A stretch of 63,780 nt of DNA, filler included, from Octopus bimaculoides (GCF_001194135.2; 6 parts of 5 records of this genome joined end to end with filler, not necessarily neighbours in it), one strand, 5' to 3'; positions 14,510-29,345 are shown, counted from the first letter of the whole stretch. Notes: generated by a model not told the origin, from the letters alone. Translations and numbers: made by a program.

Positions 14510-14718
14510 GGTGGCGAACTGGCAGAGCACGCCGGGCAGAATGCTTAGCAATATTTCGTCTGGCTTTATTTTCTGAGTTCAAATTCCTTCGAGGTCGACT
14601 TTGCCTTTCATCTTTTCGGGATCGATTGAATTAAGTACCAGTGGTGTACTGGGGTCGATGAAATCGACTGGCTCCGCCCCCTAAAATTTCGGGCCTTGTG
14701 CCTAGTGTAGAAAAGAAT
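14510..14718 (+). mobile_element. tRNA-derived SINE family A, full length, flanked by a 17-bp direct repeat
   Basis: A-box-like TGGCAGAG, B-box GAGTTCAAATTC, core GCCTTTCATC..GGTCGAT..AAGTACCAG and tail GGGCCTTGTGCCTAG. ATATATATATTTCAAAA occurs at 14493-14509 and 14721-14737. A second, older SINE head follows at 14738-14785. Confidence 0.85.
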
Positions 14719-15328
14719 ATATATATATATTTCAAAATGTGGTACGCCGAACGAAGACCTTAGCGATATTTCGTCTCTGTCTCTACTTGCCTTGTTTAAT
14801 CGGCGTCGAAAAAATAAATGCCCATTTATCACTGGGTTCTTAACAATAGTGCCTGCTTATCACAGGGTTCGATACAATCGATTTTCACGGATTCTGTAGT
14901 CATTTGTAAAAATTTGAAACTAATATATTCTAAGTAAAAATACTGACCACATTTGAAAGAGAAACAAGTCTTCCAGTAAAAGTTGTATATAAAATACATT
15001 TCCAACACTGTCATATATTAATGTGAGTGAACTGCATGAGAAACATCATTTAGCTATATACGATACTTTTTTTTTCACAACGCCTAAGTAAAAAAAAATC
15101 TATTGTTCTCTAAATAATACATCTAACGTCGTAGAACAAACCTCCTTTCACTGTTTTTATAATTTACATTCTTTTTTCTTTGAGTGGCTAACAAAACCAA
15201 TTTTGTATAAGTGGACTGCTCGTGTTTAACTGTCTGAAAAGCTTTGGAAATTTGAACTGATTGGACGCTGTCGCACTCAGTAGTTTAACACACCAATACA
15301 CATTTATGTATGTTTATATATGGGTGTC

Positions 15329-15408
<80 letters not shown>

Positions 15409-17157
15409 TGTATGTTTCTTATGTAATATATTCAAATAACTAGGGACCGTACCAATCGCGTATAAATTGTTGTCAGTGTAATTCTTAATGCAAAACATTC
15501 TTATAAATTTTACCTTTTATCATTTTGGCATCAATAGAACACATAATCTTTTTTTCCCCATAAATGATTGGACATGTGAAGATAATACAGAATTATATAT
15601 TTATGCGAATTTAATGTGTTGTATTGCGGGTTAGTGTGTTCATTTTCTGTGGCTCCCTCGGTCTCTTGGTTCAATGAATTAAATTTGTATATCGAAATAT
15701 ATAATTCACTATTTGTAAATTGTACTTTGTATCTAATTTCATGTTTTTTTTTTAAATTTTATTTTACATATAATTAGCCTGTATTGAATAGATCTTTGAT
15801 TGAGAGCTTTACGGCTTAAAACAGCCTTTTGAATAGTTACAATATATTTAGTACTAAATCGTCAAGCATCCATTGCTATTAGTGACTCGTGTACCAGTTT
15901 TAACATATCAAACAAACACGAAGCGTTTCGTCCATCGGTTCATTAGTCAACAGATTTGGTTTGATGAGGTGTGGCGTGGTATGACGAATGTTAATTTTTC
16001 ATTTACCGGATTGTGGAAACTTTTCTCATTTAAAAACAATTTCTTTAATTTCACATTTCCTTGATTGAAAAGGAAAACGAATACAATAGATAATGTATTA
16101 CTTTTCAAATAAAGCAAAAATCTTCAGTGAATTAGCAATCGCTTGTTTTTAATGTATGTTGAACTTTTGAATATATTGATTGCAGATTTTGAAGACTAAG
16201 CTGTCTAAACTATAACATTTTTGATCTTCTAACAAATGCAAAATTATTGAAAGCGTGAATGCTTCTTGCTTTTTTTTTCTAATGTTATCAATATTTTGAT
16301 AATTTGCTTTCTTTCATGTAGACCAATGTAACAGAAGATATCGCGTAATAATTTTTTTTAATTTCTATAATTGGGATCTTCCTTTTTCTCCTTATAATTT
16401 ATTATTATGTCTCTTTTATAAACTTGTTTCATTCTTCTCCTTAATGAGTATAGATTTTCAATATATCGTTCATGCATAGAATATGCTTTATTTTGAAGAA
16501 AAGGCATCCCCGTCGATAATTAACAGCCACCGGAACTTATTATTCATGGATTTATTACTTTTCATTTCTTTATGTGTACATCATGCTCTTTTCGTCACTT
16601 ATGTGAAGTGGAACAAAATACTTTGATTTAAATCATCAGAAAATGAGAGAACAAATACGAGAAAATTAACATTTCATTTAGAAGGGAGCAAGTTAATTCT
16701 GTAATATCGGAGAGCAACCTATTGTCAAAGGACTCACAGGATCTCTTTCCACAATTAATTATTAGCAAAATCAGGATTATTCTTAGTCATACAAATGTCC
16801 ATTATTCATACATTATTCATGCATAGCACACTAGCACTAATCTCAAAATCCTCACTGTCACCAAACGAGCAGCTTTTGGTCTCTCATATCAATTCTAATT
16901 TCGTCAACATATTTCTAAAACCTGGTTGTTAATGCGTGACGATTACTCTCTTCATTGCCAATATTCAGCAATTTCGTATTTCGGTGACTTGTACTTTTCA
17001 ACCAATTGCAGCTCTTTGTCACACTCACGGGCGTTATTTTTATTGTTATTATTATCATTATTATTATCATTGTTGTTGTTGTTGTTGCTGTTGGACATGA
17101 TCATCATCATCACCACAATCATTATTAATATCATTATTATTATTATTGTTATTATAG

Positions 17158-17380
17158 AGTGAGAGAGCAGCGCATGTCATCAAAGTGACACTAGGGTAAA
17201 ATATACGAAGCCCAACATACCTACCAGAACTACCCGCTTGATAAGAGCACACCGGACACATGCGTCGCAACCATATGTGCGTGACATGGTGATCTTATGT
17301 CAAGGTACACAGCGTATGACCTTGCAAGTGAGAGCCAATTAGAATTGCCTTCCGATCAAAATTTTCTTGAATAAGGTTTG

Positions 17381-17382
<2 letters not shown>
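17158..17382 (-). mobile_element. Non-coding retroelement fragment embedded in (TTA)n, possibly an R4/Dong-type 3' end
   Basis: A unique block of about 225 bp is bounded on both sides by TTA/TTG repeats. This is the same context as the R4/Dong-like copies, but there is no coding evidence. Confidence 0.35.
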
Positions 17383-17450
<68 letters not shown>

Positions 17451-17460
17451 TTATTGTTAT

Positions 17461-17491
<31 letters not shown>

Positions 17492-17549
17492 AAGAAGAAG
17501 AAGAAGAAGAAGAAGAAGAAGAAGAAGAAGAAGAAGAAGAAGAAGAAGA
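17382..17549. repeat. (TTA)n followed by (GAA)n microsatellite
   Basis: Directly visible. Confidence 0.95.
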
Positions 17550-19431
17550 ATGCATTTCACCCGGCGTGCTAACGATGTTTCCTCAAGTTAAACAGCAGTT
17601 GCATTCGTCCTAACCAGGGCTGGCACGTTATGCTGGTAAACGATATTTAATATATAGTATTTAAATTTTGTTCATATGTGAATTATTATGGAAATTATGA
17701 TAAATTTTTCAAAACGTACCAAATAGGGATCGCTGAAAAGTTGCATATCAATACCTTTCTATTCAATTTCATTAATAAACATTTTAGTTCTTTTGAAACT
17801 ATAGTACCAAATGCGAATATGTATGAAATATTAATGAATAATATAGATGGGAAATGAAAAAAGAAAAAATGTTTTGAAAACAGTCGATATTTTTATAGTT
17901 CAAAAATTGTGATTTATGATATAAAATGTCCTCTAGAATTAGCCAGTGCTAATAATAACAAAGTTTAAATATTGTTAAACACACCACTGCAAATGCAATG
18001 TACATAAGCAATTCACTTTAATACAACGAACAGCCGGCAGTGAGACTGCTTTTAGCTGATCCCCAAATGGGTCTCATGGCAGGAAATCGGTTAGGTAGCT
18101 ATGACATTTAATGTGCAATATTGTTTGGCAATATCTATTTTTTCTCATTGTTCACGGTCACCCCGAATATATTTGTTTTTCTGCAGACAGATCAAAACTG
18201 ATTTGTGGATAGGCGCAGCTCTATCTAGCAATGTATCTATCTATCCATCTGTCATATGTCTGTGTCTGTCTGTTAATTCAAATCTCTTTCTAACTCTCTC
18301 TCTCTCTTTCTCTCTCTCTGCGCGCACATAAGCACACGTATATATATATTTACATGTGCGTGTTACATTTAAAAATATATGTACATGCGTCAGTGAGCGT
18401 GCAGGTTTATGTGTATGATTTGGCATATATATATGTGTGTGTATCTGTGTGTGTGTGTGTGTGTGTGTATGTGTGTGTGTGTGTGTGTGTGTGTACGTGG
18501 AGTGGGGTATGTTTTATTATGATGAATGCAAGAATACTGACTGAGAAGTGTATTTTAGAAACAAACGAGGATAGTTAACCATTTTATGCAAAATTATACT
18601 CCTTTTTTATGAACAAACACCTTTTAAACTTCGGACAGTTTTGATGAGAAATTATTTCTACCGAAATCTGTAACACACAGCTGGACATTCGGATTATATA
18701 ATGATAGATATTTAACGTATAAAAAAAATTATTTTAGCGTGGGGATATAGACAGTTATATTGATCATGTGCTTAACTTATATGCATTTTATGTAACGTTC
18801 CAAGAAGGCAGAGAATTATGGTTTCGCTGCAATTTGAACAGAGAAAGTAAACTAAATCTAAAATAAGATACTTTGTAGCTTAAAAGACAACATTACTTTT
18901 ACGACCATCGTATTTATGCAAAATATTATTTTCTGACATAGCCATGACGGCAAAAATTGACCTTGAAACTTGAAAGCTGAAGGATAAACAGCGTTACTGA
19001 TCGCAAGAATATTTGAAGATCTACAAAAAACATCTCAAGATATTTTGTCAGATCCTCAAATGATTTAAACCCCGTTTATTCAATCAACAGTGAATATAAT
19101 CTGTATATTAGCTAACAGTAACACCTAGCAGAGGAACAATCTGCTTAGATGTATTGAAGAAATATATAGAAAATAAGTCTTAAATCCTTAAGTTTCCTAA
19201 GTCAGACGTGCAGCGAAAGCAAAGTGGCGTAACAGAAGCGAAGAAAATGATAAATTCATTGTAGAGTTACTAGACGTATTACATTTAGAAGATGAGTTTC
19301 ATAAATTCTTTCCAGCCTAGATATTTAAATATATGTGGAGATTTGTGTATATAAGACCGTACTGTCGAGATTGATAAGTGTATATGTCACACATTACTCA
19401 ACGATCAAATGTAAAAGTTTTATTGATCTAT

Positions 19432-19630
19432 TCATTTACTTGTTTCAGTCATTTGACTGCGGGCATACTGAATCACCACGTTTTTCGGGCAAATCGTTTC
19501 CCCAGACTTATTCTTTGCAAGCCAACTACTTATTCTATCGGGTTCTTTTGCTGAATCGCTAAGTTAAGGGGACATAAACGCATCAACATCAGTTGTCAAG
19601 CGATGTTGAGTGGGGGACAAACAAAGACAC
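19432..19630 (-). mobile_element. SINE family C copy
   Basis: gtttcagtcatttgactgcgggcatactgaatcaccac...gctaagttaaggggacataaac is the reverse complement of the family seen at 61975-62140(+). Confidence 0.65.
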
Positions 19631-19693
19631 AGACACACACACACACACATACACACACACACACACATATGTATATACATATACATATATACA

Positions 19694-19737
<44 letters not shown>

Positions 19738-19747
19738 NNNNNNNNNN

Positions 19748-19886
19748 CAACTCAACCAAACCCACTCATAAGGGTTTGGTCGGCCCGAGGCTATAGTAGA
19801 AGACACTTGCTCAAGGTGCCAGGCAGTAGGACTGAACCCAGAAGCATGTAGTTGGTAAGGAATCTACTTACCACACAGCCACTCCT
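19748..19886 (-). mobile_element. tRNA-derived CORE-type SINE family B
   Basis: Minus strand reads GGAGTGGCTGTGTGGTAAG...GGGTTCAGTCC...GCACCTTGAGCAAGTGTCTTCTACTATAGCC. ACCTTG(G/A)GCAAGT resembles the CORE/MIR central motif. Homologous copies lie at 36151, 37101 and 61308. Confidence 0.8.
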
Positions 19887-21424
19887 ATTTCTGATGAATC
19901 AACACCGGAGGAAGATTTAAGAAACAAGCAGACTACATGCCATACAGCTTCAAACATCTTTAAATGCAAAGAAGAATCTATACTCAGAGATTAAGAAGGA
20001 TACGAACTGTAATTAATTTCTTGTAGGTAGACCATTTTTAGAGGTGTTCTAAGAGAAGTAGTGCTGAACTAGAAGCAATAAATATGAAAAAGAGCATCAA
20101 GTCATTAACAGTAGCAGTAACATATGCCAAACACATTCTTTTCATTTTGTCTTTTGACGTTAATTAGCTTTTACCTGGATGTTAAAAAGTACTTGTGCTA
20201 GTGCTTAGAATGTTAAGATAAAGTCCGAAAGCTCTTTGATTGCGCGTTGTGTCATAGAGCAAGTCGCATAAATTCATGTTACTGCAGTCCACTCAGCTGA
20301 CAATGATATCCAGTCGACTGTTGGGTCACACCCTCTCCTAGAGTCAAGTGTAGTAGATTCTGCATTTAAGCAATTTGCGATAGCATTATACATGGCATAG
20401 GATCATAAAGGTAGATACGCAGCTAAGAGATACGAAAAGAGAATCTACATGTCTCGCGCTTTACTAGGGCAGCTAATTATACACTATTGATTTTAAATTA
20501 TAATATATAGACTAAAAAAACTAAATCCTTAGACCTAAATATACTTGGGATACGGAATGGTCAAGGCTGAAATATTTCTTTGATCAAGTGTGTACTCACT
20601 TAATCTCTCTTTTGTGGCAAACAGTGACAATATAAATATTTTGATATATATGCTATGAAATTTGCTTACATGCAATTAAATGATAAGAGTTCTCTAGTTG
20701 AGAATGGATGATAACAGTGTTGATTGATAGTGTTGATTGATAATGTTATTTACAAGTAAAGTAAATCAGTCTGCATCTACAATTTGAATGATATGTTTCA
20801 AGTATAGATATGTTGGAAATGAATATTCCTTATCTAATGTATATTCGTATCTTGAAAATTAACAGATGCGTTAGTAACTATTTCTAATACTATATCAACT
20901 TCAATGCGACGAAATATGTCATTACGTTTCCAACTGTAACATTTATAGTAGTGAAATAAGTACATGAAAAGTGTGTTCTATCTATTATACTCTCTATAAT
21001 ATTACTGTATTAACGCACATCTATACTTTTTAATGTTATTAGATATCGTTACTGTCATGAATAAGTGACTATGCATAAGGGAATATAGAAATATAACCCG
21101 CCTAAGTTTTTATTACAGTTGTTCCTTTTTTAAAATATGTAAAAAGAAACGGAATTAATAAGAAATAATACATCAGAAAATTATATTCTCTCAGCAGGCC
21201 TGCCTACTAAGAGAAAATTGTTAGTTTCATTTTTATTTTTGCTTTTGAGAAGAGAACAAATGCGTGTGTATCTATATTTATGTATATATATGTATTGCAC
21301 AAAAGCGATCAACTGATAATGAATATTGAATTATATTGCAAAATCAGTCAACAGCAACCAAAGACCAAATCTATTAATGGAAGAGGATATGAGAATGCAA
21401 CAATATTACTCAGTGTATATTAGC

Positions 21425-21700
21425 GTGACTGAGTGATCAGGGTGTTAAAAACACGATAGCTAGATTTTGGGTTCACATTCCTACCGAGCAGCCCGTTGTG
21501 TTTTTGACGAGGGCACACTCATTTCATCTTGCTCCAGTCAACTCGGCCGCAACTGGGTAGACCTGTGAACTGACTGGCTTTCCGATCATTGGAAATGTTA
21601 TCCTGCTCGCCCAGTCGGTGGTGTTACGTTATTCGCAAGCTAAACAGATATGCAAAGTACATTGCGAACAGCGATGTATTATAACATCTAATGTGATATT
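21425..21700 (+). mobile_element. Old tRNA-derived SINE family D (related fragments at 20185-20335 and 58400-58560)
   Basis: gggttcacattcc (B-box-like) is followed by ttgtgtttttgacgagggcacactcatttcatcttgctccagtcaactcgg. 20230-20300 carries ttgtgtcatagagcaag...tgcagtccactcagctg. Confidence 0.5.
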
Positions 21701-22439
21701 ACACATTGACTGAAAAATCGGAGTTAGCAGTTTCAATTCGACACCTAGTTAACGGAGTTACAACATCATCATAAACCATATGTATGACTGAGATAAAAGC
21801 GGGTTGACCATAAACTAGTGCAGTGTCATCTGAAATCTAATAATGGTACGCACAAATTTGTTCATTCAAGTTTGACGGGTATCATTATACAGTGAATAAA
21901 GAAAGACTTTGTCACAAAAAAAAGAAATGAAAATCAACGAATATCAGTCTGATAAAACACTTCTTAATTAAAGCATCAGGATTTGGCAGGGCCAAGGTAT
22001 TACCCAATGCATAGCTATATATTCTCCTATTACACAATGCGTGGCTGTGAATCGGTGTAGAAAGTATATCATACTGGAATGACATGTCTATTGTAATTGC
22101 TATGCTATTCGGATAAATTTACAAAGTAAAAGGAACCTACAAGGCAAAATTGCTCGCGGTCAATGAACATTTAAGTGAATTATAAATGGATTCGATAACG
22201 CCGGCATTGATTAAGAGTAAAGCTTCAATGATGACGTTGACTCAGATATTTTACTTGTATTTTACTTTATTGACCACGGTAAAATTTGAACACAGAAATA
22301 CTTGAGTAAGAACAAATAAAAAAAAAATCATTCAAGTCGACACCCAAATGACTTTTTGCCAATTGGCCACTTTCCGTACAAAAAAAAGTGGTTTCAAATT
22401 TTGACACAAATCCCGCAATCGGAGGATCGTCTACATAAT

Positions 22440-22587
22440 TTAGATCGGTTCACGTACTTATTTTATTAATCCCGAAATGATGAGAGGTAAAATTGACGTC
22501 AATGGAATTTGAACTCAGAAAGTAAAGATGGACGAATTGCCACTAAGCATTTGGTGTGCTAAGTATTCTGTGAGTACGGCGCCTTAA
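22440..22587 (-). mobile_element. SINE family A, diverged copy
   Basis: gtacttattttattaatcccgaaatgatgagagg...ggaatttgaactcagaa...ctaagcatt is the reverse complement of the family A core and B-box. Confidence 0.7.
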
Positions 22588-22604
22588 TAATGATGATGAT
22601 GATG

Positions 22605-22678
<74 letters not shown>

Positions 22679-22721
22679 TACAACAACAACAACAGCAATA
22701 ATTATAATGGTAATAATAATG

Positions 22722-23668
22722 ATAGCGTACAGGAGTGCATCAACAGTGAAAGTAGAAATCTGACAGAATATTTGGTAAGCAACAAATACGATGTGCTACA
22801 GTATGCTGATAGTGCAGAAGGAAGTAACAAAAATGGACTTCACAGTGCTCGTGAATTTCGATCAAGAACAGCCAGCGATAGAGAAGAAACCCTACTCCAT
22901 AAGGAATTACATGCTCAGTTCCACCGTGAAAGCAACCCCAGGACCAGGCATTGAATACCAACTCAGAGAAGAAGAGTATATACCACACAAACGCATCGGA
23001 CCTCTGCAGAATGTGAGGGAAGAGGGTGGATAGCCTGACACACATTTTTAGTGCTTGCGGAAATCTTGCGCCGAAAGAGTACAAGCGTAGACACGACAAA
23101 GTAGCCGAAAACCTCCACTGGCTACTATGTCGTAAGTATGGATATAAGGTCACGGGTGTTTGGTACCAACATACACCAGAAAAAGTAATGGATGAAAAGG
23201 GGAAGGGAAAAATTCTCTGGGAATTTGATTTCCAGAAAGAGAATGTGTTAGAGCACCGAAGGCCGGATATAATAACACTTAGGAGGGAAAAACAATAGTG
23301 CCTAATAATCGACGTAGCAGTGCCAGGAGATCAACGTATCATCATGAAAGAAAGAAAAAAAATTGATGAATATGGAGACCTGAGAATTGACATCGCTAAG
23401 ATGTGTCAGCTACGAGAGCCAAACATAATGGTTACTCCTATTATCATCAGAGCATTGGGTTCAATACCACGCAATCTGAACGCTTTAGAAATACACTATA
23501 ATCTAGATGTATTGCAAAAGTCGGCAATACTTTGAACTGCACGCATATTGCGTGAAGTAATGTATGTCTGAGATCCTCGATGTGACTTGAGAAACAGTAT
23601 AAACCCCCCGATAGACACAATATTTTCAATGAACAACCTAACGATATCGTATACTGTGTGACGTCTAT
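22722..23668 (+). mobile_element. R4/Dong-like non-LTR retrotransposon, 5'-truncated (zinc knuckle, restriction-like endonuclease, 3'UTR)
   Basis: QDQALNT, CRM...DSLTHIFSACGNLAPKEYKRRHDKVAENLHW, ILWEF...HRRPDII, IIDVAVPGD...KIDEYGDL, PIIIRALG. This is the CCHC plus PD-(D/E)xK layout of RLE clades. It is bounded by (TAA)n on both sides. Confidence 0.88.
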
Positions 23669-23680
23669 AATAATAATAAT

Positions 23681-24570
<890 letters not shown>

Positions 24571-25288
24571 GAGCACCGGGCTGAATAACAACATGGATGT
24601 GCTGCACCGGGCTCCCTATACAAAAACAAATCTAATCCAATAACATCGATGGAATTAGGCAAAAGATCCGGTGGAAGATTTGAAGGAAGCGGTCTTTTAA
24701 CGAAGATAAATTTTTAAAAATATTTTTATTTTTAAAAAATGAAATTTTGCTGCCATACAAAGCACAGGTCCTCCTATGCACGATGTCTCAGTGAAATACG
24801 TGCGATCACACACGCAAAACCAACACCGGAAAGATTACAAACTATATAAAAAAGAAATAGAACAAAATAGTAAGTACATATATTGAATAATTACGCATAC
24901 ACTCGAACGTGTACACAATGATATATACGTTTTGATACCCATAGAACTACACATGCATCTTAATGTTTACACAACTACGTGAAAATCACAGGACACACTC
25001 ACGCATACGAAAACACATATCGCAAACGAAGTAAAACCAAAACTTTTTTCTTCTTCTTTATTTATTTTCATTTTGTGAACAAACACAGACAGAGTGAACC
25101 ATTCATAAGTTTAAAACGCCACGCACACAAAAAATACACTATGCCCNNNNNNNNNNNNNNNNNNNNNNNNNNNNNNNNNNNNNNNNNNNNTTAATTAATT
25201 AANNNNNNNNNNNNNNNNNNNNNNNNNNNNNNNNNNNNNNNNNNNNTTACATAATTATTTCCGTTTATAATGCTTATACTTATAGGGA

Positions 25289-25344
<56 letters not shown>

Positions 25345-25734
25345 ATACATTATATATTTATCTTTTATCGCTTACTTGTTTCATGAAGCATTTATAGTCG
25401 AATGAATCAACCCAGTACTTTTTAAGTTGGACCGCTAAGTTATGTGGTGGTTGTGGGGGTGGACAAACATGTACACAAACACGCACACACACGCACACAT
25501 ACACACATACACACATATGTATATACATATAAGACAAGATTCTTCCAGTTTTCGATCGCATCTTTGTACGAGTCGTGAGAGTGCCGATATACAGAGGCGA
25601 TCGAAAAGCAAAACGACAAAATTTTTTAAAAAGCAGGCAATAAACAAAAATAAAATAGAACAGAATGGTGACATTTAGTAGAGATGACCCTGAGGTTGTT
25701 GCTCTTCGATTACTATCGCAAACAGCAGTAGCTT

Positions 25735-25830
25735 TCTTCAGCTAAATACACATCGTTGATTGGTTAAAATTACCCGAATACAACAACTTTAACACGAAAT
25801 AACTTCTGAAATACAAAATAGAATTTCATA
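25735..25830 (-). repeat. Unclassified dispersed repeat shared with 35035-35103
   Basis: The reverse complement agttatttcgtgttaaagttgttgtattcgggtaattttaaccaatca...tttagct matches agttattccatgttaaagttgtcgtatttctgtaatttcaaccaatca...ttcagct. Confidence 0.6.
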
Positions 25831-26955
25831 TCAATTCCTCGCATGGATTTTATTGTTGTGGCTATTGTACTTGTGGCTAATGATTGCTAGACCAACGGAA
25901 GTGAAGATTATCATCTATAACGCTCAGATTACCTACAGTTACGGCAATCTGAGAATCAGTTAGTGATCTTTCCAACCATTTGTTGCATTTTCAAAATTCC
26001 TTCAGTTGTTCTGGGTATTATTTCTTCATGTAACCATACATCCTCTTAGATACCTTTGCAGTTTAAGAATTGTATAACATAGGCAAGGACGTTATGGATC
26101 TGTAGTTTATAACTTTATNNNNNNNNNNNNNNNNNNNNNNNNNNNNNNNNNNNNNNNNNNNNNNNNNNNNNNNNNNNNNNNNNNNNNNNNNNNNNNNNNN
26201 NNNNNNNNNNNNNNNNNNNNNNNNNNNNNNNNNNNNNNNNNNNNNNNNNNNNNNNNNNNNNNNNNNNNNNNNNNNNNNNNNNNNNNNNNNNNNNNNNNNN
26301 NNNNNNNNNNNNNNNNNNNNNNNNNNNNNNNNNNNNNNNNNNNNNNNNNNNNNNNNNNNNNNNNNNNNNNNNNNNNNNNNNNNNNNNNNNNNNNNNNNNN
26401 TATATATATATTAAATTCAAATTACGAAATTACGATGAACGTAAACAAACAAACGAAGTTTGCTTTTTAGAAGCGTTGAGATGTCTTAGAAAGTTACAGA
26501 AGTGATCTTAAAATTCTCAAAGGCAGGATAATGCTAATATATATATATATATATATATATATCAGGATATATAGATTGTCACAATATTTAATGTAGTAGT
26601 TTCATATCAACGAACTAGCAAGATTAACAGTTACTACTGGCGTCAGTTAATACTTGAGAGTAAATTGTCAATAATATTTGACTGCTATTTTGTATTTTGA
26701 CTCGGTATACATACATGTGTATGCGTGTGTGTGCGCGCGCGCCCGAGTCTCTGTGTGGGTGCGTATGTATGTGTGTGTGTGTTTTTTATGTTCATATGTG
26801 TTGGCGGTGTAAGCGATATTGAAAGACTTCAAACGTAAAATCTTAGATATCAGTACAAGAAAGTTTACTTTCATGGACAGAACAAAGGATAACGTTACTT
26901 TATGCTCCCCTCGCAAATTCTCACATGAACAGACTCTCTCTCTCTCACTCACTCA

Positions 26956-27000
<45 letters not shown>

Positions 27001-27321
27001 ACAAATATATATATATATACATATATATATACACGCACACACAAATATGTGCATATATATAAGTATATGTACGTATATGTATTTGTGTGTACATATATGT
27101 CAGTGTGTGCATGTGTGAGTGTATGTATGTGGGTTTAAGTGTGTGTGTACACATGGCTATATGTATGTAGGTGGGAACAAACCCGACATAAAGAATAAGT
27201 CACTCTAATATAAACATTTAATGAAAACAAAACAAAACAAACTTAATCTCAGAAGATAATACAAAATACTACTACAACAATAAAAACAGCAACTACTTCT
27301 ACTAATAATAATGCTACTACT

Positions 27322-27388
<67 letters not shown>

Positions 27389-28163
27389 GTAATAATAACA
27401 TCTATAACCACAAATACCACATCGTAAAATGAAATAAACGAAAACTCCAAATACAAACAATGTGAGTTCCAATGAGATTTTGTTTGGCGGTTCAGCTACT
27501 AAATGGTAAAACAATACTCTATCGATTTACTGGTTACAAGTTCAAATTCTCATCAGGGAGGCTTTGAATATGCCGAAACATTTCCCTAATGTAGCGTCCT
27601 GTTGCTATTACCATTCCTCTGTTAGTTTATCCTTGTTTCGGCGCCCGTCAAAATGTCTTTGAATAGCTCAGATCTATGGTTGAAGTCACTAAAATGTCGA
27701 GGGGCAACTTAAAAGTGAAATCACGTGTTTCTCCAAATGTCGGTATTTTGTTGTGATTCTAAACACCGGCTGAACGTTGTATAAATTATTGGAATATATA
27801 GAGTCTATAGGAACAAATCGTTTGGTGTATGTATAGCAGCTGTGCGTGTAAGTATGTGTGTATGTATGTATGTATGTATGTATGTTAGTACGTATGTATG
27901 TACGTACTTACGTATGTGTTTTTGTATGCTTGTATGTAAATATATGTATATATGTATACACGAAGACTCACACACTCAGAAGCATGTATATATATATACA
28001 TATACAAACACCGACATATGTATGTATAAATATATATATATGTGTGTGTGTGTGCATATGTCGGTATACATATGTATGGACATACATTCAAATGCATACA
28101 CACCCACTCACACATATATATGTATATATATGGTGAGACACACATAAGAAAGAAGGAAACAAA

Positions 28164-28208
28164 GGACCACTGATGAGGTCACAGAAGTGTGACGAAAGAA
28201 CTCTGGCC
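28164..28208 (+). ncRNA. Minimal type I hammerhead ribozyme
   Basis: GGACCA-CUGAUGA-G-GUCACA(GAAG)UGUGAC-GAAA-GAA-CUC/UGGCC. It has a canonical core, a perfect 6-bp stem II, stem I GG(A)CCA:UGGCC and a predicted cleavage site after CUC at 28203. Confidence 0.75.
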
Positions 28209-28802
28209 GAAATAAGATTAAGATTAAGATTAATGTAATATAAAGCTGAAAAAAAAAAAAATTAACACCAAATATACAGTGCGTGTGTTTTTATTGGCTA
28301 AACTGGCAATATGACCATCCCCAAGTACANNNNNNNNNNNNNNNNNNNNNNNNNNNNNNNNNNNNNNNNNNNNNNNNNNNNNNNNNNNNNNNNNNNNNNN
28401 NNNNNNNNNNNNNNNNNNNNNNNNNNNNNNNNNNNNNNNNNNNNNNNNNNNNNNNNNNNNNNNNNNNNNNNNNNNNNNNNNNNNNNNNNNNNNNNNNNNN
28501 NNNNNNNNNNNNNNNNNNNNNNNNNNNNNNNNNNNNNNNNNNNNNNNNNNNNNNNNNNNNNNNNNNNNNNNNNNNNNNNNNNNNNNNNNNNNNNNNNNNN
28601 NNNNNNNNNNNNNNNNNNNNNNNNNNNNNNNNNNNNNNNNNNNNNNNNNNNNNNNNNNNNNNNNNNNNNNNNNNNNNNNNNNNNNNNNNNNNNNNNNNNN
28701 NNNNNNNNNNNNNNNNNNNNNNNNNNNNNNNNNNNNNNNNNNNNNNNNNNNNNNNNNNNNNNNNNNNNNNNNNNNNNNNNNNNNNNNNNNNNNNNNNNNN
28801 NN

Positions 28803-28840
<38 letters not shown>

Positions 28841-29239
28841 CTTCCATATCCATATGTACACAGAGAAAGAGAGAAGAGGGAGAGAGAGAAAGAGAGAGTG
28901 GAAGATAGTATGAAAGAGAACATGTGAGGAAAGAATGAAATGAACGGAATGAAATGTCGGGCGCCATGATGTCTTGTGAAAATTTCGAAGTAGAGACAAC
29001 TTGATTTCGTTTCGATGCTTACATGTATTATTCTTTGGAACTATGGCTCTTCTTTTTCCAATTGGGAAATGCATGAAGAATACTAGTCCTCGATTCTCAG
29101 TTCATTTACCCTTTAAATGTAAATCCCTGGACGCTCGGAACGAAAATAAAACGCCGGTAATATTTCATCTGCTATCAATGAGTACTCGTTATGACAATAA
29201 TTTAAATTGAGACATGAGTTCAACAAATTTCGAAAGCAG

Positions 29240-29345
29240 GGTTTAAATCGACAACAATGAATCCAATACTTGGCTGGTATTCTATGTCGATAAGATGAAA
29301 GGCAAACTTTACATTTGCGTGATCTGAACTCAGAACATCAGGAAC
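29240..29345 (-). mobile_element. SINE family A, diverged fragment
   Basis: ctggtattctatgtcgataagatgaaaggcaaac...tgaactcagaac. Confidence 0.6.

Noticed and set aside
14510-14600. tRNA genes suggested by A/B-box motifs here and elsewhere
   Set aside because: No complete cloverleaf is present; all continue into SINE bodies.
18030-18095. Possible exon PAVRLLLADPQMGLMAGNR
   Set aside because: Poor acceptor and donor, and no recognisable homology.
19893-19930. CTGATGAATC...GATTTAAGAAAC
   Set aside because: Spacing breaks the G12-A13 junction, and there is no cleavage triplet or stem I.
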